From assembly GCA_963693365.1 (NCBI GenBank), contig CAVNZM010000009.1, positions 1,304,231 through 1,368,230 of the forward strand: a stretch of 64,000 bases of DNA, written 5' to 3'. This DNA is from Amoebidium appalachense. Its lineage: Eukaryota > Protista > Ichthyosporea. A model generated the notes under the pieces. It did not search any database, was not told the DNA's origin, and worked only from the letters and a program-made list of their open reading frames with translations. Made by a program: the position numbers and the translations under genes. Shown here one piece after another: positions 1 through 64,000 of the stretch (within the stretch, counting starts at the first letter, position 1; each line of letters begins with the position of its first letter).

Positions 1-1801
1 CCCACTTCACCGCATTGGTGCTTAGAGAGCATGTCTGAATCTAGCCCAGGTTCCACCCTAATTTTCGAGTTAGATGTACCAAATAACTGGACTGAAAAAT
101 AACTCTTAAAGCCAAGAAGCTGTTGTATATATAGACAAGAAATTATCAACACACACTTAGGTTGCTATGGTTAGGGCAGGCGTAATGTTCTTGCGGTAAA
201 GCGAAGTGTGGGTATACCTTAAACACAAGTGCCTCGTCGTCACGGGCATCCTGAAACATTGTCTCTTCGTTCCACTCCACCGTTTCGTGCCCCCGAACAC
301 TGTTAATTCATTCAGTGTATATAAAGTTAGAAAATTATAAAAAAGGGGGAAAATGTGTTGATAGCTTAGTATTATAGCATGCGCATGCCTCGCACTGCGC
401 CGATTCAACCCTGCCTGCACGTTTTTCTCTGCGTAGCAACCTACCAACACACGATAATGCAAACACGCTGTGAGAAAAAGGGGAATGAAAGATGGGATTT
501 GTACCTTTGTGTTTGATACTTTGATTCTCCACATGCTATTGAAATGCATGTTGCTTTGCTGGAGAGTGATCCCAGGTCACTTCTTATTACCTGAACGGTT
601 ATCTGGCCCCTCATTTTCGTCCTAGCTAGAGACTTGACAACCAAACACCCTTCTCCGTTGTATTCTAATATATTGCCAAGGCAATGCTAACGATCTCTAG
701 CAGCCCCAAAAAATTGATACTTCACGTTTCTCTAATACTAGCTTATGTTTGCTTCGTGAATTCCTTACTATTCCTCTTCTACGTCTTACACACTGTTTGG
801 GTGATACAAAAATGGCTAACGACGGTTGATATTCCCAGTTTTCGCTTCACACAGACCACTTTGCGTCCCGGGAATCCAAATGAGCCCGGCTGTCTGATTG
901 GTTATCTATACCTTGTGACTGATCTCCCGAAACCCTTACTGACAACGCATTTGAGAATTTCGGCCTCATTTTCGAATCGGCAATTTTTGCATGTGAATGC
1001 AAATAAAACAGTATAAGCATTATGCGTCATGTAAACATCAAAAACAGATGATTATATAACAAAATAAATTTAAGTAATTTTCTGATATGATATTGATATG
1101 TGCAATCTTTTGTTTTGTAGCAGTTGTTCCTTGGTCTGGCTCTCCTCTCCATTCTACATCAGAAAATTTATACAGAAAATATTGTTGTAAATACTCCACA
1201 GCTGCTGATTGGTTCCATGAGCACCAGACATTTGGTGCAATTTACATCATATCATTATGCATGATGCAAAGACATGTTATTGTTGTACTATACATCAAAC
1301 CAAAGCGCAGGTTTGATATTGTAAATGCAGCATTATGATTATAGCACTGTATCAGCAGGCATCAACGGTCTTACCATCGATGTGTACACGCGTACGTGGG
1401 TCATGGCCTCCGACTCACGAATGGTTGCGATCTAATCCTCATCTAGATTTTTGCGTAAAATTTTGCATACCAATAATCGCTAGCTTAGCCATATATAGCT
1501 AAATGCTCTCTCACTCAGCCACTCAGGTGTGACTAAGATAAGGTCTTCCTCCATTACCCTTTGCAAATTAAAAAGGTTCAGTTTCTAAATTAATGTACTA
1601 CCATAATAGTAATTCACAAAAGCTATATAATGCTTTACAAAATACCGGTTATAGTTTTAAATATATTGAATCATTGGTTAAAGGTAACCAGCGAGAACCG
1701 AAATGAGAATTTGTATTGTTTTGACTGCTTTTTCAAGTTCTTGCCTTGTGAAATTGACCTTCAAATCCCCTACTCTAGTGGGAACTTGAAAGCCAGTGAC
1801 G

Positions 1802-1810
1802 TTTGGCGCC
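1802..1810 (+). promoter_or_regulatory. Possible E2F-type site TTTGGCGCC upstream of the SMCHD1-like gene
   Basis: Matches the TTTSSCGC consensus within a CpG-rich patch (1800-1885) just upstream of the candidate first exon. It is a single motif and could be chance. Confidence 0.25.
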
Positions 1811-2200
1811 ATTTCTAGTTGCGACTTGCGGCCGTTTTTTTCGTTTGCGCTACTACAGCAGTGCGACTTCAGTGCGACACGTGAAACAGAGACTGACAGC
1901 AAACATGGCAAAGCTATAAAAGAGAGACACAGCTAGTGTCAGCTACATGAAACTCGCAATTTGCCAGAGTGGTCAATAAAAAAAGTGTAGTTTATTCTTG
2001 AAAGGACTTCGAACCACTAAATGCATGTGATTTCTCGTTAACCTGTCAAAGGTCCAACTTCCAGCACCTGTCACGTTTTTCTGATACATGTGCTCTACAT
2101 CATAACCTTTGAAGGGCCGTTATAAACATTGATTGAGGGTTTACCCGTAGTGTTGGTTCTCTCTGTTATGTTTTTCCTGCAACTCTTTCATCTTGCCTAG

Positions 2201-43714
<41,514 letters not shown>

Positions 43715-43981
43715 GAGGGCGAAATTCGGCCCTGCTTACAACCAACAACCCATCATATTTGGCGTAGTGAATGTCTTAGTTTTTCCCTTTTTTTTTCTTT
43801 CTTTCTTTTTTTTTGCTCTGAGGGATGGAAGCGTCCGTGTGTACATGTATACATATGTATATGCATGCCGCCTGCAGCTGCTGAAGGGTTCTGTCAGGTT
43901 CAACATCCGATTGGCAACTAAAGATTATAATAGTGCCACCAGCTGCAGATCTAGAGATCACACTCTACGCGCCGGCTCTAA

Positions 43982-44929
43982 GGGCCTGTTTGGCAACGCG
44001 GGTTAGTGTAATCTGGATTTCGGGGGATATCTGGATATCAAAATCGAGATCCAGATTATGCTGCAGAATCCGGATCTCAGCCGAAACCTGGGTTAAGCCG
44101 GGTAGATAACCCATGGATGCCAAACAGCCCACGTACGATTTCGGGTTAGATTTGCTCTGCTGTTCATGGAAACGACCGGCCATTCCATTCCATTGAGCCT
44201 TTTTAAGGCTCTTGCCTCCCGAATCAAGTGTCCTGAGTGAGAGGCTAAGAAAATCGTCTACAACGAACTTGCTTTCTTCTCCCGTAAATCTCATACGTGT
44301 CTTTTCAACCGCCTCAGTCGACGGTTTGGCTGACTGTGGGGGACTGTCACTCTGTGATTCGATGTTGAGGTTTGCAGGCATCTTGTCGGTTCAAACAAGA
44401 TTATCTACAAGTGTACTGTGCTACTGGAAGACTCGGGCTGGACGGCCGCAGAGGGTAGGAAAAGAATGAGAAGTGAGGTGCGTGTCTGTTTTTATAACGT
44501 TCCCCACGTGCAAGTCCGTGCGTTGGTGCAGGTGTCGCAGTTCAAGGCACAGCTGTCGCAGCCCACTCAGTATCCACATGCTGCCAGCAACGGAAGTTTG
44601 GTTTGGCGCCCTTTCAACAATCCTTTTTTGGCCACTTCAAACTATCGACGATTGGTGCAAAAGGACACCATATATAGTTCCATAAAATGAACATTCATTG
44701 GGTCGGACATTCAGGACCTGAAAGGATTTCGCGCTAATCCACCTCCCGAGGTGGATTAGTGGAATCCAGATTACGGCCATGTCCGAGGGGTTTGAAACCC
44801 AGATTTACGTGACCGGATCTGGCCGTCTGTTTGGCAGCGGCTGGATTTTGAGATTTGGATTTAGCGCTAAACCCAAAATCGCCCGTAATCCGGATTTAGG
44901 ACCCTAAACCCGGGTTGCCAAACAGGCCC
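43982..44929. mobile_element. Non-autonomous PIF/Harbinger element (948 bp) with Myb/SANT remnant
   Basis: Perfect 16-bp TIRs GGGCCTGTTTGGCAAC ... GTTGCCAAACAGGCCC flanked by TAA on both sides (43979-43981 and 44930-44932). Repeated subterminal (A)TC(C/T)GGAT/ATCCAGAT motifs occur at both ends. Confidence 0.92.
44130..44381 (-). pseudogene. Truncated Harbinger Myb/SANT-like DNA-binding protein (ORF1)
   Basis: RMRFTGEESKFVVDDFL..GGKSLKKAQWNGMAGRF resembles the N-terminal part of Harbinger-type Myb/SANT domains. The ORF then runs into subterminal repeats, and I saw no DDE transposase. Confidence 0.65.
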
Positions 44930-45686
44930 TAAGATCTCATGTTATTGTGTTGTTTAAATTTCTCAGAAAGATGATTGCATGGCTTATAAATGATGCGGTG
45001 CCATCATTGCGTGCGCAGAGCTGTCCGACGTCGACTGGCTTTGCAGGATGTACGGCCGCGCACAATCTTGGCAGAAAAATGTGCAAAATTGCAATTCTTC
45101 GAAACCACACGTAAAATTTTTATTCAAGTTTTCATCACATCATATCTCAGGTGAGATATACAAATTTAACGATCTTAGATATACATGATTTTTCATCTTG
45201 GATAGCATATACATCGCACGCGTCAATGATTTGCCAACATGTGTTGTTAGGCCTACGACAGCAAGTCAACATACTTGCCATATTAGTGTGTGTAACTATC
45301 ACCGTGATGTACGCCCTATTAGCATACGCATTTCATGCTCCTACTAGCATTATTCCAAGAAGAGAATTGCCATACAACATTTTGCTAACAATACAAGTAC
45401 GCCAGGTACAGTGTGTTGGGTGCTTTGCTAAGTCTAACATATGTTCCCCCCCCCCCCCCCCCCCCCCCCCAACCCCCCCCACTCAAGTGATATTTCATCG
45501 GTAACGAAATTTCATCGTTCTGTCCCAAATTCATCGTTTGATCATACGCTAGGTACCGTATACTCTAGGGCCCGTTACGAACAAAACAAAACAAGCATAC
45601 GAGCATCACAGAGACTCTAAACCCAACAAAACTACAGCAGAAAATCCCCCCAAAAAATTCTTCACCGAAAACCATCTACTTTCGTT

Positions 45687-45994
45687 CTATTCTCCCTGCA
45701 CACCCACCGACTCCAAAAGTGATTCGTCATCTTCACACCTCCTATATTGTGATGTTTTCTTAGCCGGCCTCATAATCTTTACGGCATTGCTGACGATCTT
45801 AGCAAACCAGAAGAGATTGAGCATGAGGAAGGCAGCTGCAAACCCAATGCCGGTGACCGTCACAAACGTTGATTCTTGGTACATGAGCGACCCGGGCTGC
45901 AAGGAAGCAAAAAAAAGGCTGTCAGAACGTGCACAGGCAAACTTTGCAAAGTGACGAGAGCACATTTCCTCGGGATGTGGTACATCGTCAACAG

Positions 45995-46038
<44 letters not shown>

Positions 46039-46583
46039 AAAAAAAAAAAAGGAAAAAAAGAAAGAAAGAAAGAAAGAAAAAAGAAAAAAAGAAAAAAAAA
46101 AAAGGGGGGGGGGGGGGGGGGGGAGACGAGGGAGACGACATGGCAATAATTTAAGAGGTTACAAAGGAAGGTTGAAAATTAAACCACAAGCCCTCGCCAA
46201 GGGAACTGCACACATGGGTTTGTCGACTTGCCGTTCAAATAATCCTTAGGCACACATAACTAGTAGCACACCAACTATCAGAAAAACAACAAAGCCAAAA
46301 AAAGGACAACAGCTATTTAACGGGAACCAAACATACCTCAGCCATCCGTACGAGGGCATATGTGTTCATGACCACCCGGCACAGGAAGAATGCCAGCAGA
46401 AATGCTACCGAATTTGCAAGAACCAGCTTAGAGTCCTTTGGTGTTTGGCAGTCCTTAAAGAAGAAAATCTGCACCCCGACACCCATACGTTAGACCACAT
46501 GATGGAAGGAGCGTCACAGATAAGAGCACAACACTCTCTTGTTCCTTCATAATTTTGATACAGACACATGCAGACCACATGCT

Positions 46584-46619
<36 letters not shown>

Positions 46620-46818
46620 TGCCCCCCACACCCTCGCGCAAAAGAAACACCCCGCCCACTCACAAACCAACCTCCACCACACACGCATGAGCCGACATGC
46701 ACACCCACCCACCCAATATACACACACAACTTTTCCTTTTGTTGCACAAACCGTGGTATTATTTGCTGTGCACTATGGCTTGCACCGTACCATGTAACAC
46801 AGGCATCTCATCCCCCCT

Positions 46819-46853
<35 letters not shown>

Positions 46854-47340
46854 TCTGGGGGTAAAAGAACAGCAACAATGAGAGCGACATAAAACCGGAA
46901 AGAAGTTTCAGAAGTTGCAAGAGAAAACACACACCTGGTTCATAAACGGAGTCGAAAACTCGTTCACCAAATAGCACGCGGTAACCATGCCGAAGCGAAG
47001 CGCCGTGACTGGGTACGCCGAAATCACTAAGACCATAAAGTGGTGGAGGAGAATGGGGAAACCACCAGAAAGCCCCTGATCGTTAAATTTCAGCGTACAA
47101 TAACTATCCATGGCCGTATATCCCATGAAAATACACGTGAAAAAATTGACTGTAGGGCTCGAACTTCCGACGATGTCTGTTACAAGGGCATCGTCTGTGA
47201 GAGCGTAGAGTCCGCCCGTAGCAACAATAACGGCGTGGATGGAGGATGTTACCCTGTGAAAGGCGTAGATTATTAGTGTATGAAAAGGGTGTGTGTGTGT
47301 GTGTGTGCGCGCGCGCGCGCATGTGTGTGTGTGTTTGTAA

Positions 47341-47379
<39 letters not shown>

Positions 47380-48198
47380 TGTGCCTGTGAGTGTGCACAT
47401 GCGTGTGCACTTGCGGGCGTGCGTGTGTTTGTGTTTGTTTGTGCATGTGTCGGTGATGGTGAAATGTGTGCATGGTGCATGTGTGGTATTGGTTTGGTGC
47501 CTGCGAGGACGGCCCAGTGTAGTGGTAGCCAAGGATATTTAACAGTGCGCAATGCATCTGTGTGTCTGTAGTGTGTGCTTGCGCTCGTGCCCGTGTGTGT
47601 TTCAGTGTACGTGTCTATTCATTTGTGTACTGCACGTGGCTACCTGTCACATGTGACGTGTCTGGGCTAGAGTTTACTTTAGGCGATGAGCCTTGTGCAG
47701 TTTTAATCGAAAGACAAGCAGCCAGCAGAGAGTCAATGGAGGGTGAGAGACAAAGCTGAAACGGCAAAAGGGAAAGAGGAAAGGAAGAAGATGAAAACCA
47801 AGCAGGGCACGCGGGATAAATAAAGCGACGCGTGGAGGGTGGGTGGGCAGGTGGGGTGGGGTGGGGGGGGGAGACGCCACACACCAGGGGTGTGGCTTCA
47901 TTTATGTGTGGCTGTGGTTGCCCGCATGAGCAAAATAAGCCACATGTGTGCGTGTTTGCTGCTGCACACATGGTTGTGGCACTTGTGTATTAAGTGCTCC
48001 TTGTGTGTGTGTGCGTGTGTTAGCAAGCGGGCATGTGTGTGACATTGTATTCTGAAAAATGCACGCGTCCATGTGCGTGAGCACATATACTTTGTGTGTG
48101 TGTGGGTGCGCACGGGTGCGCGTGCATGTGCGCGGGCGCGCATATGTGTGCCTGCACGCTTGTATAGCTGTGTGTGCGCGTCTAGGTGTCGGTGTGTC

Positions 48199-48265
<67 letters not shown>

Positions 48266-48711
48266 ATACGCCTGCACACACGAAGCGTGCATATGCCTGC
48301 ACACACGAAAGCAAAACACCTCACACTTACCTCATCGCCCACTGCCATTTCTTAAACGGTGACAGGTCGGCATATGCTGGATGTAGTTTATCAGAGTACT
48401 TGTGCGCAAGCACGATCACACCCAGAAACAGGAACACCGCAAAGTAAATAAGAGGAAGTGACGACCGAAGATGAACAAAAAGACCAGAAGGATTTCTGCA
48501 CCACAGACATACGGTCAGCCAGTGAATAAGGTCTTAGCATAAGCTGTGCAGTGTATTGTAACACAGCCAACAACACACTGCTCAGCTAATACTGCGCGCG
48601 CTCGTGTGTGTGTGTGTGTGTGTGTGCAGAAAAAAGGTGTGCATGCCTGTGCGCCCACGCACGTGCCTGTGCAAACACACTGTGCGCCTGTGTGTGTGAT
48701 CGGATGTGTCT

Positions 48712-48756
<45 letters not shown>

Positions 48757-49040
48757 CGAGCGAGTGAGTAATTGTGTGTGTGTAAGCCTCCCTGTCAACA
48801 GTCTCTCTGTAAGTCTGCAAGCGTGTGGAGTCACTATTGCTTCTCGAGCTCGAGAGCCCCTCACCAACAAAACCACTGCCCTAGGCTTCATTTGAGTCCC
48901 CCCCCACACAACCCCCTCCTCCCTCCCTCCTCCTCTCCTCTCAGCTCATTTCTCTCTCTAACTCTCTTTCTCACCTCGATCTCTTCCACTCTCTCACTCT
49001 TCCTCCTCCCCCTGTCTTTCCAAGTGGATGTGTGTGAGTG

Positions 49041-49080
<40 letters not shown>

Positions 49081-49149
49081 CGTGTGTGCGTGTGCGTGTG
49101 TGTGATAGTGTGTGTGCGTGATTGTGTGTATGCATGTGTATGTATCTGA

Positions 49150-49180
<31 letters not shown>

Positions 49181-49795
49181 AAAACTGTGTTTAGCTATGT
49201 GCTGGGTGCTCGTATTTGCAAGCCATGTGTTTATCACAGTTGTGTTTATTTACAGGGAAAGTGCCACTGTGTGTGCGTATGAAGGCTTCAATATTTCAAT
49301 CCACACCTCAAACATCCATGTATAATAGGATCAATATACAGGAGAGCAGGTGTGAAAAACACTCACATTATGACGATAGAGGTGACACCAATGAACAGCA
49401 CGACAAACCAATTGGCCGCGGCATCCCATGACATGGGAAAGAGGGCAAACGTGAATTCCACCTTCTCCGAGGAAAATTCCGCGTCGAATTCGCTACGAAA
49501 CGTCTTGTTTGGGGTTCTAGACTCCATAAGTCTGTCTGAACTGCGCGACATTTTAAAGTCTGTTTTGCTCACAGCTATCTGTTTTGCTCACAGGGATCTA
49601 GCAAGGTACGAGTTAGCTGGGCTAGCAAGGTATGAGCTAGGTGGGCGGATCTGAATGTCTGGTTTGACCAAAACCCAGTGGCTGGACTATGTTATGTGCA
49701 AAAGGCGAACTGATCTAAGTTTTTATTAATAAATAGAACTACCTATTTAGAAGTGCATGTTGAATTGTGGGCGGGCTGTACCTTCTCACAAACAT
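45687..49795 (-). CDS. TLC (TRAM/LAG1/CLN8) domain membrane protein, TLCD4/TMEM56-like, 5 exons
   Basis: Minus-strand exons 49795-49743 (tentative first exon, MFVRRYSP..), 48495-48331, 47253-46935, 46468-46337, 45896-45687 join in phase. Motifs: KKWQWAMRVTSSIHA, MGYTAMD, LLHHFMV, NEFSTPFMNQ, AFFLCRV, MLNLFWFAKIV. Confidence 0.85.
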
Positions 49796-51324
49796 ACCCC
49801 AACAGCCAGAAGGCCCGGGAAAAGCAAACAGAAAACGAACTGCTGCCAAGTCTGTGACTGTGGGCCTTGTACTGAATGAAATGCTTTGGCCGATCGCACT
49901 CAGCAATGTGTGACAAAGAACCAATTAAAATAACAGTTGGAGGAAGCATGAAACACGTTGATGTTTGGTCATTCGTAACATATAGCATTATTTATTTGTG
50001 CTAAATACTCAAAATAATAAAACAAGCAAACAAGTAAATAACAAATCAATAATCAAAAAGATATGTGCTGATGCTACGTTTAAAGACGTATCAAATCTTC
50101 TACTACAATGTTTACCAGGCTGCCCGCTCTACATGTACCGTACGGTACAGCATCAGCCGCTGACTGGAGATAAATTTGATCATTCATCGGCGTGGTCTCG
50201 GGCTTTAAAAATGACCGAAAGTTCATTGGTGGGTTGGTAAGTCAAACGTTCTAATTGGTACATGCTGTTGCTATACATACGGTAGCAAATTCCTGCACGC
50301 CATGTCAGCTAACTTCACAGTTGACGTTTCGTCCTATATCAAATCGCCTCATTATATGAAAATAAGCTAATCTAAAATTGTTATAAAAAAAAAATTCCGT
50401 CCCTCAATCAATGTCTTCTGGGGCGGTTCTCTCTACTTCAAACACGAATCATACGATGTTTTCGGCAATCCCCCACAGCGTGACAGCGAGCTCCTATTGG
50501 CCAAATAGCATATCACCTGTGAGCCACTTGCCATGTGTACCCTGACAACATATTACGTCACTCTCGCACAATGGCCAAAAATTGATACTACAGTATTCAT
50601 TTTAAAACTTGTTTCTGCACGCCGAAAGTTCGACAAAACTGAAGAAAAAAGCGAGAAACCCAATTTTAAGGAAAATAAAACAAGCATGGTCGTTACCGCC
50701 TTCAAGTTGAATGTCGATCCCTTGGTGACTGCGCATGCATGTGTGCCGCCCCGGGTAGCGTGTAAACAACCAGCTCACCTGCATATTTTTATAGTGAAGA
50801 TTGAATATCCTTGCATGCATTATAAACTCTGATTTTGGCTTCTTTTGGTTGAATTTGAAACTGTCGGCTTTTTGCCGCCTCGCCACGATAATGAAATTTG
50901 CACAAACCAACCAAACAGCTGGTGTCACATGACAAAGTCTGATTTTTTAGCCTTTTTTGGGTTTGTGTGGGAGGAGGCGCCAAGTAGTAGGGTAAACAGT
51001 TGTGTCCAGAGACTCTAGAGCGAACAAATACGCTGCTTGTAGAAGCTAGAAGACGGCGCAAAGGTTGATGATTTTAAAAATAGAAAACTATATTTGAAAT
51101 ATTTTCTTTTTTAAGGAGATCATGACAAGTCTGATTTGAGCATTCCTAATAACCTTGCATATTTTCGTGATCCGCTTTACTTCTTGCACTCCTCCGGATT
51201 CAAGAATTTGCGTCCGGAAAATCCTATAAAACCAGAATTCAAGTTTATTTTTGACACGTCACTTTCCTCCCCTCCTTTTCACCCTTTCAATCCTTTTTTT
51301 TTTTTACATCTTTCATCATTCAAA
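49796..51324. promoter_or_regulatory. Probable bidirectional promoter region between the TLC gene (-) and REEP5 (+)
   Basis: Head-to-head start codons 1.5 kb apart. The region is AT-richer, free of microsatellites, and has an ATTGGCCAAAT box at ~50496. Confidence 0.5.
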
Positions 51325-52146
51325 ATGTCTGTTAATGTTGATGAGCTCAAGAGGCAGTGGTTCGAGTATGAGGCACACTTGAACCAGCAGTTGGCGGGCA
51401 AGGAGCCCTTCAAGATGGTCAGTGAGAAGACACAGGGCAAGGTCAAGCCGGCCTACCTTGCTGTTGGTAAGTAACAATGTTGCTTTCGTTTCAGATAGGC
51501 TCTCCTCAAACTGCGTGTGACGGTTCTTGGTGTGACACTGTTTGAGCGTAAAGCTCTTTGAGGCGTCGTGTGGGTGCGCGTTCCGCAGTGTGGACATGGG
51601 CAGGTGTGGTTCGGCTGCTGCAAGGCAGCTTTCAGAGTTGCACTTTAGTGATACCGCTTGCCTGTCATATGTGTCTTGCTGCCACCTGGCTGTTGTAAGT
51701 CACCTGTGTAACGCTGTCATCTTTTCAGGTGGTGGGTCCATTATTGTCATCACACTGTGGTTACTTGGCCAGGAGCTGCTTATCAACCTCGTTGGCTTTG
51801 CCTACCCGGCGTACTGCTCGTGAGTGTTCCCCCTCCCCCCCCCCCCCCCCCCCCCCCCCCCGGCCCGTGTGTATTTCTCTCCCTCGTCCGCGCTTATTTA
51901 CCACATTGTCCAAACGTACAAGTGAATTGCCACATGCAAGCTGATTTCCCTCGTCTTCGGCTCAGCCATGAAGTGGGCAAACATACAGCTGCAGATGCCT
52001 AGCTGCCTCTCATCTGCCCCACCTGCACACAGATCCTAGTTGGTGCAGGGCTAGGGGTTTGGGTGTGTTGGGGGGAGGGGAGGAGGGGGGAGAGGGGGAG
52101 AGGGGGGGGGGGGGTAAGGGGAGGGGTTGGGTTTTTTCTTATGACC

Positions 52147-52179
<33 letters not shown>

Positions 52180-52510
52180 CACTTTTCCCTGGTCCCCTCT
52201 CAACCCCCTTCCCCTATCATCCTTCTCTCTTTTTCAAGATTTGGCACTTAACGTGTACCCCGCTTCCGCTTTCATTCCTTGAAACCTTCTCCCACAAGAG
52301 TTCCTCCCCCCCCCCCCCCCCTCCCCCCCCTCCCCTCTTCCTCCTTCCCCCCCTGTGGCCGAGCAGGCTTCCCTCACCTGACCCCCCTCCCCGCCCTCCT
52401 TCCGTCCCGCTTCCGCGTTCACTCCATGAAACCTTTCATACAAGACCCCCCCCCCCCCCTTTTCTCCTTCCCCCTGGGGCCAAGGAGGCTTGCTTCCCCT
52501 TAGCGAAGCC

Positions 52511-52544
<34 letters not shown>

Positions 52545-53009
52545 CCAGCACACACACACGAAATTTATCTGGGCATGTCGACCTGTTTCTTGACCTGTAC
52601 CTTACTCGCAGGATCCGCGCCATTGAGACACCGAGTGCCGACGACGACAAGCAGTGGCTGACGTACTGGGTGGTGTATGCCATGTTTGCAGTCATCGAGT
52701 ATTTTTCCGACATTCTTGTCTACTGGCTGCCCTTCTACTATGTTGCCAAGCTGGCTCTCCTCGTGTATCTGCTGGCCCCCCAGACTCAGGGTGCAGCTGT
52801 GATCTACAACAAGGTCATCCGCCCGTATCTGGTCGAGGGAACGGCGTTGGAGAACAAGAAGCTGAATCTAGGCCAAGGTGTGTTGAAAGCCTGATATAGG
52901 AGGGGGGGGGGTGGGGGGGGGGGGGTTAACGGTGGTACTAGGTGTAAATATCTATGCCTACTTTTCTTGTTTTGTGACAGAAGAATTGGCTGCTCTTCAG
53001 TTCGTGTTT

Positions 53010-53045
<36 letters not shown>

Positions 53046-53142
53046 ATGTTGCATACTAATATTAGAATGTTTGCCTTTGCATGTGCCCTGCACCATGCTT
53101 CTCATCGTGTATATGTACTTCGTACCGTGTTCCGTCCCCCTC

Positions 53143-53176
<34 letters not shown>

Positions 53177-54109
53177 AAAACACCCCCCCCGGACACACAC
53201 TACCACCACCCTCGTCCCCCCCCCCCCCCCCCCCCCCCCTCCCCCCGTCTCCGCTCTCCCCCTCGGCCGGTGCCCACCCCCTCATTTCTTCGAAAATTTA
53301 AGGAGGACGAAATCATGGGTTTCATCGACCCGGCCATGCTCTGATTGGCTGAGACAGAACTCCAACTGACCAATAGTAATCACGTAGCGTAATGGCAAAT
53401 AACCAAAAAAGGTTAAAAATAAAATACGAAAATTCAGCGTTGTGCCGCTTTGATTCGAGGCTCGAAAAAGTATCTACAATCTATTATGAGGGTCATAGTC
53501 AAAAGTCATTGAAAGTATAATAAGTCTTTATCTCAATAGTAAACAGGCTTTGGTTGCTTAATAGAAAGGTTAGCATACGAAGCAACGCGCAAATTTGTTA
53601 TAGGCATTGTATGGTCTCTGACCCCTCCTTCATGGTCAAAACGAGGGGAAGAAGCACGATCTTATCATAATCCTAGCGGCTCGTGCATCGATCACTGCCA
53701 CAGTGCAACCCAGCTAAGGCCTAAGCCCAAGCGATTCTTCCCTATTTTGATGATGAAGATGGCGCCCGACGCCCCTTTAAGCTTATACCAATATTGCACA
53801 TTTTTTTATTTACCAACATTTTTCCTAGAACACCAAACTCCCTTTTCTAAGTAGAATCGGTTTTAACTTCGTTCTAAAGGACCGATCATAGAATTTGGCC
53901 CAGAAATTATGCCAAACTATTGATCCTTTGACCACATTCCTCCTTATGACTCTCCACATTCTTTGCTCGGCCCGCCCCTAGATTAACCATATGGCGAATA
54001 AGGTGCCTTGATCTTTTGATCTAACGGGGTTTCCTTTTCCCACCAATCAGTGGCCGAGGATCTCTCTGCCAAGGCCGAGGAGACCATCAACAAGCTCAAG
54101 GCCCAGTAG
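51325..54109 (+). CDS. REEP5: REEP5/YOP1 (TB2/DP1/HVA22 family) ER tubule-shaping protein, 4 exons
   Basis: Exons 51325-51466, 51729-51819, 52612-52877 and 54051-54109 join in phase with canonical GT-AG. Signature: [67 protein letters not shown]. Confidence 0.95.
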
Positions 54110-55019
54110 GCTCGTAGCCAATCAATGGGCAAAGCAGAAACATCAATTGTGGCGGCGATATCGATTATGTAGGGTACACTGTCACATGCGCTGCTATTTC
54201 ACACAATATATATAGATACTATGCACGAAAGGCCCAGAGAAACACACCACTAACATACTTAAACAATACATGTATGGGATTAGTATGTATGGGGTTGGCA
54301 AACGTTTGTATGCAGTTCTTTATGTAGGCTGGTGGCATGGTGCCCAACTATTTTTTTGGGGGGGTGGATGCCCATTTTTTTTATTGGTGAGTTGTCAATT
54401 ATAGTATATCGGAATAAATACGAGCACAGTCCAGCTGTGTGTGTGCGCTTTGCACACGGACCTACATACATAGAAAATCATTCATGCAGGAGTCACCCCC
54501 CCCCCCCCCCCCCCCCCAAACACCACCACCCCCCCACCCCCATACAAGCACACACACACACCCAAAGTGCAGACACACAAACGCGTGCACCACCCCACCC
54601 ACCACCAACACAACCATTCGAACATGCACACGAACACCGAACACCGCTATCCAGTCATATGAGTGAATACCCACACTAGTGGTCTAGTGGGCAACCCATT
54701 TTGGACACTACAGTACGAGTGTGGTCGTCACAGGGTCACACATACTCGTTTCCACATGTACATAATATGACTCGTATTTTATGCACCTGGTTTCATCACA
54801 AAGCAACATAACAATCTGCAGCATTCACTTTCACCCCACACCAAAAAAGATGCTTGGCGCATTTCCTTGCAAAAATTCATATATCCGCATCTTATTTCAT
54901 CCTAGCAGATATTCTATATTGTATCCCATCATGACACGTATATGCCATATCATCATATTAGATATCCCGGATCATATCTCATCATGTCATATCTCGTCAT
55001 ATCAGATATCCCATATATC

Positions 55020-63931
<8,912 letters not shown>

Positions 63932-64000
63932 GCGCGTGTGTGTGTGCGTGTGTGTGTGTGCGTGTGTGCGCGCACGCGCGTGTGTGGGTAGGTGTGTGTG

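Noticed and set aside
1-1800. Short ORFs and recurring CTGATTGG boxes at the window start
   Set aside because: No recognisable protein motifs, splice pattern or element termini. Treated as intergenic, possibly decayed repeats.
49352-49654. 100-aa + strand ORF within TLC intron 1
   Set aside because: No ATG start or recognisable motif, and it ends in a 24-bp tandem duplication.

Overview
Intron-dense eukaryotic DNA. I cannot assign the organism; the animal-like NBAS and SMCHD1-like proteins would fit a holozoan protist, but that is only a guess. Almost every long ORF in the supplied track is an artefact of poly-C/G and (CA)/(GT) microsatellites, so I spliced the genes by hand, checking reading phase at each junction. 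Four genes result. (1) A ~42 kb, ~54-exon, ~2,300-aa + strand gene (about 2201-43714) of the SMCHD1/GMI1 type: GHKL ATPase, Ig-like linker, coiled coil and SMC hinge. It carries modules I do not know from this family: a beta-sandwich insert inside the ATPase module, a Cys4 motif and a complete PHD finger. (2) A TLC-domain membrane protein gene (-, 45687-49795). (3) REEP5/YOP1 (+, 51325-54109). (4) The 3' part of NBAS/Sec39 (-, 55020 to beyond the window edge). A PIF/Harbinger deletion derivative with a Myb/SANT remnant (43982-44929) and several MITE-like elements are also present. The intron architecture is striking: acceptors built directly on long (CA)n tracts, degenerate donors followed by poly-C or (GT)n, (CACT)n arrays resembling branch sites, complementary C/G and GT/CA tracts, and minisatellites that start at splice junctions. 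All protein similarities come from my recall of family motifs, not from database searches. Homopolymer lengths may be assembly errors.
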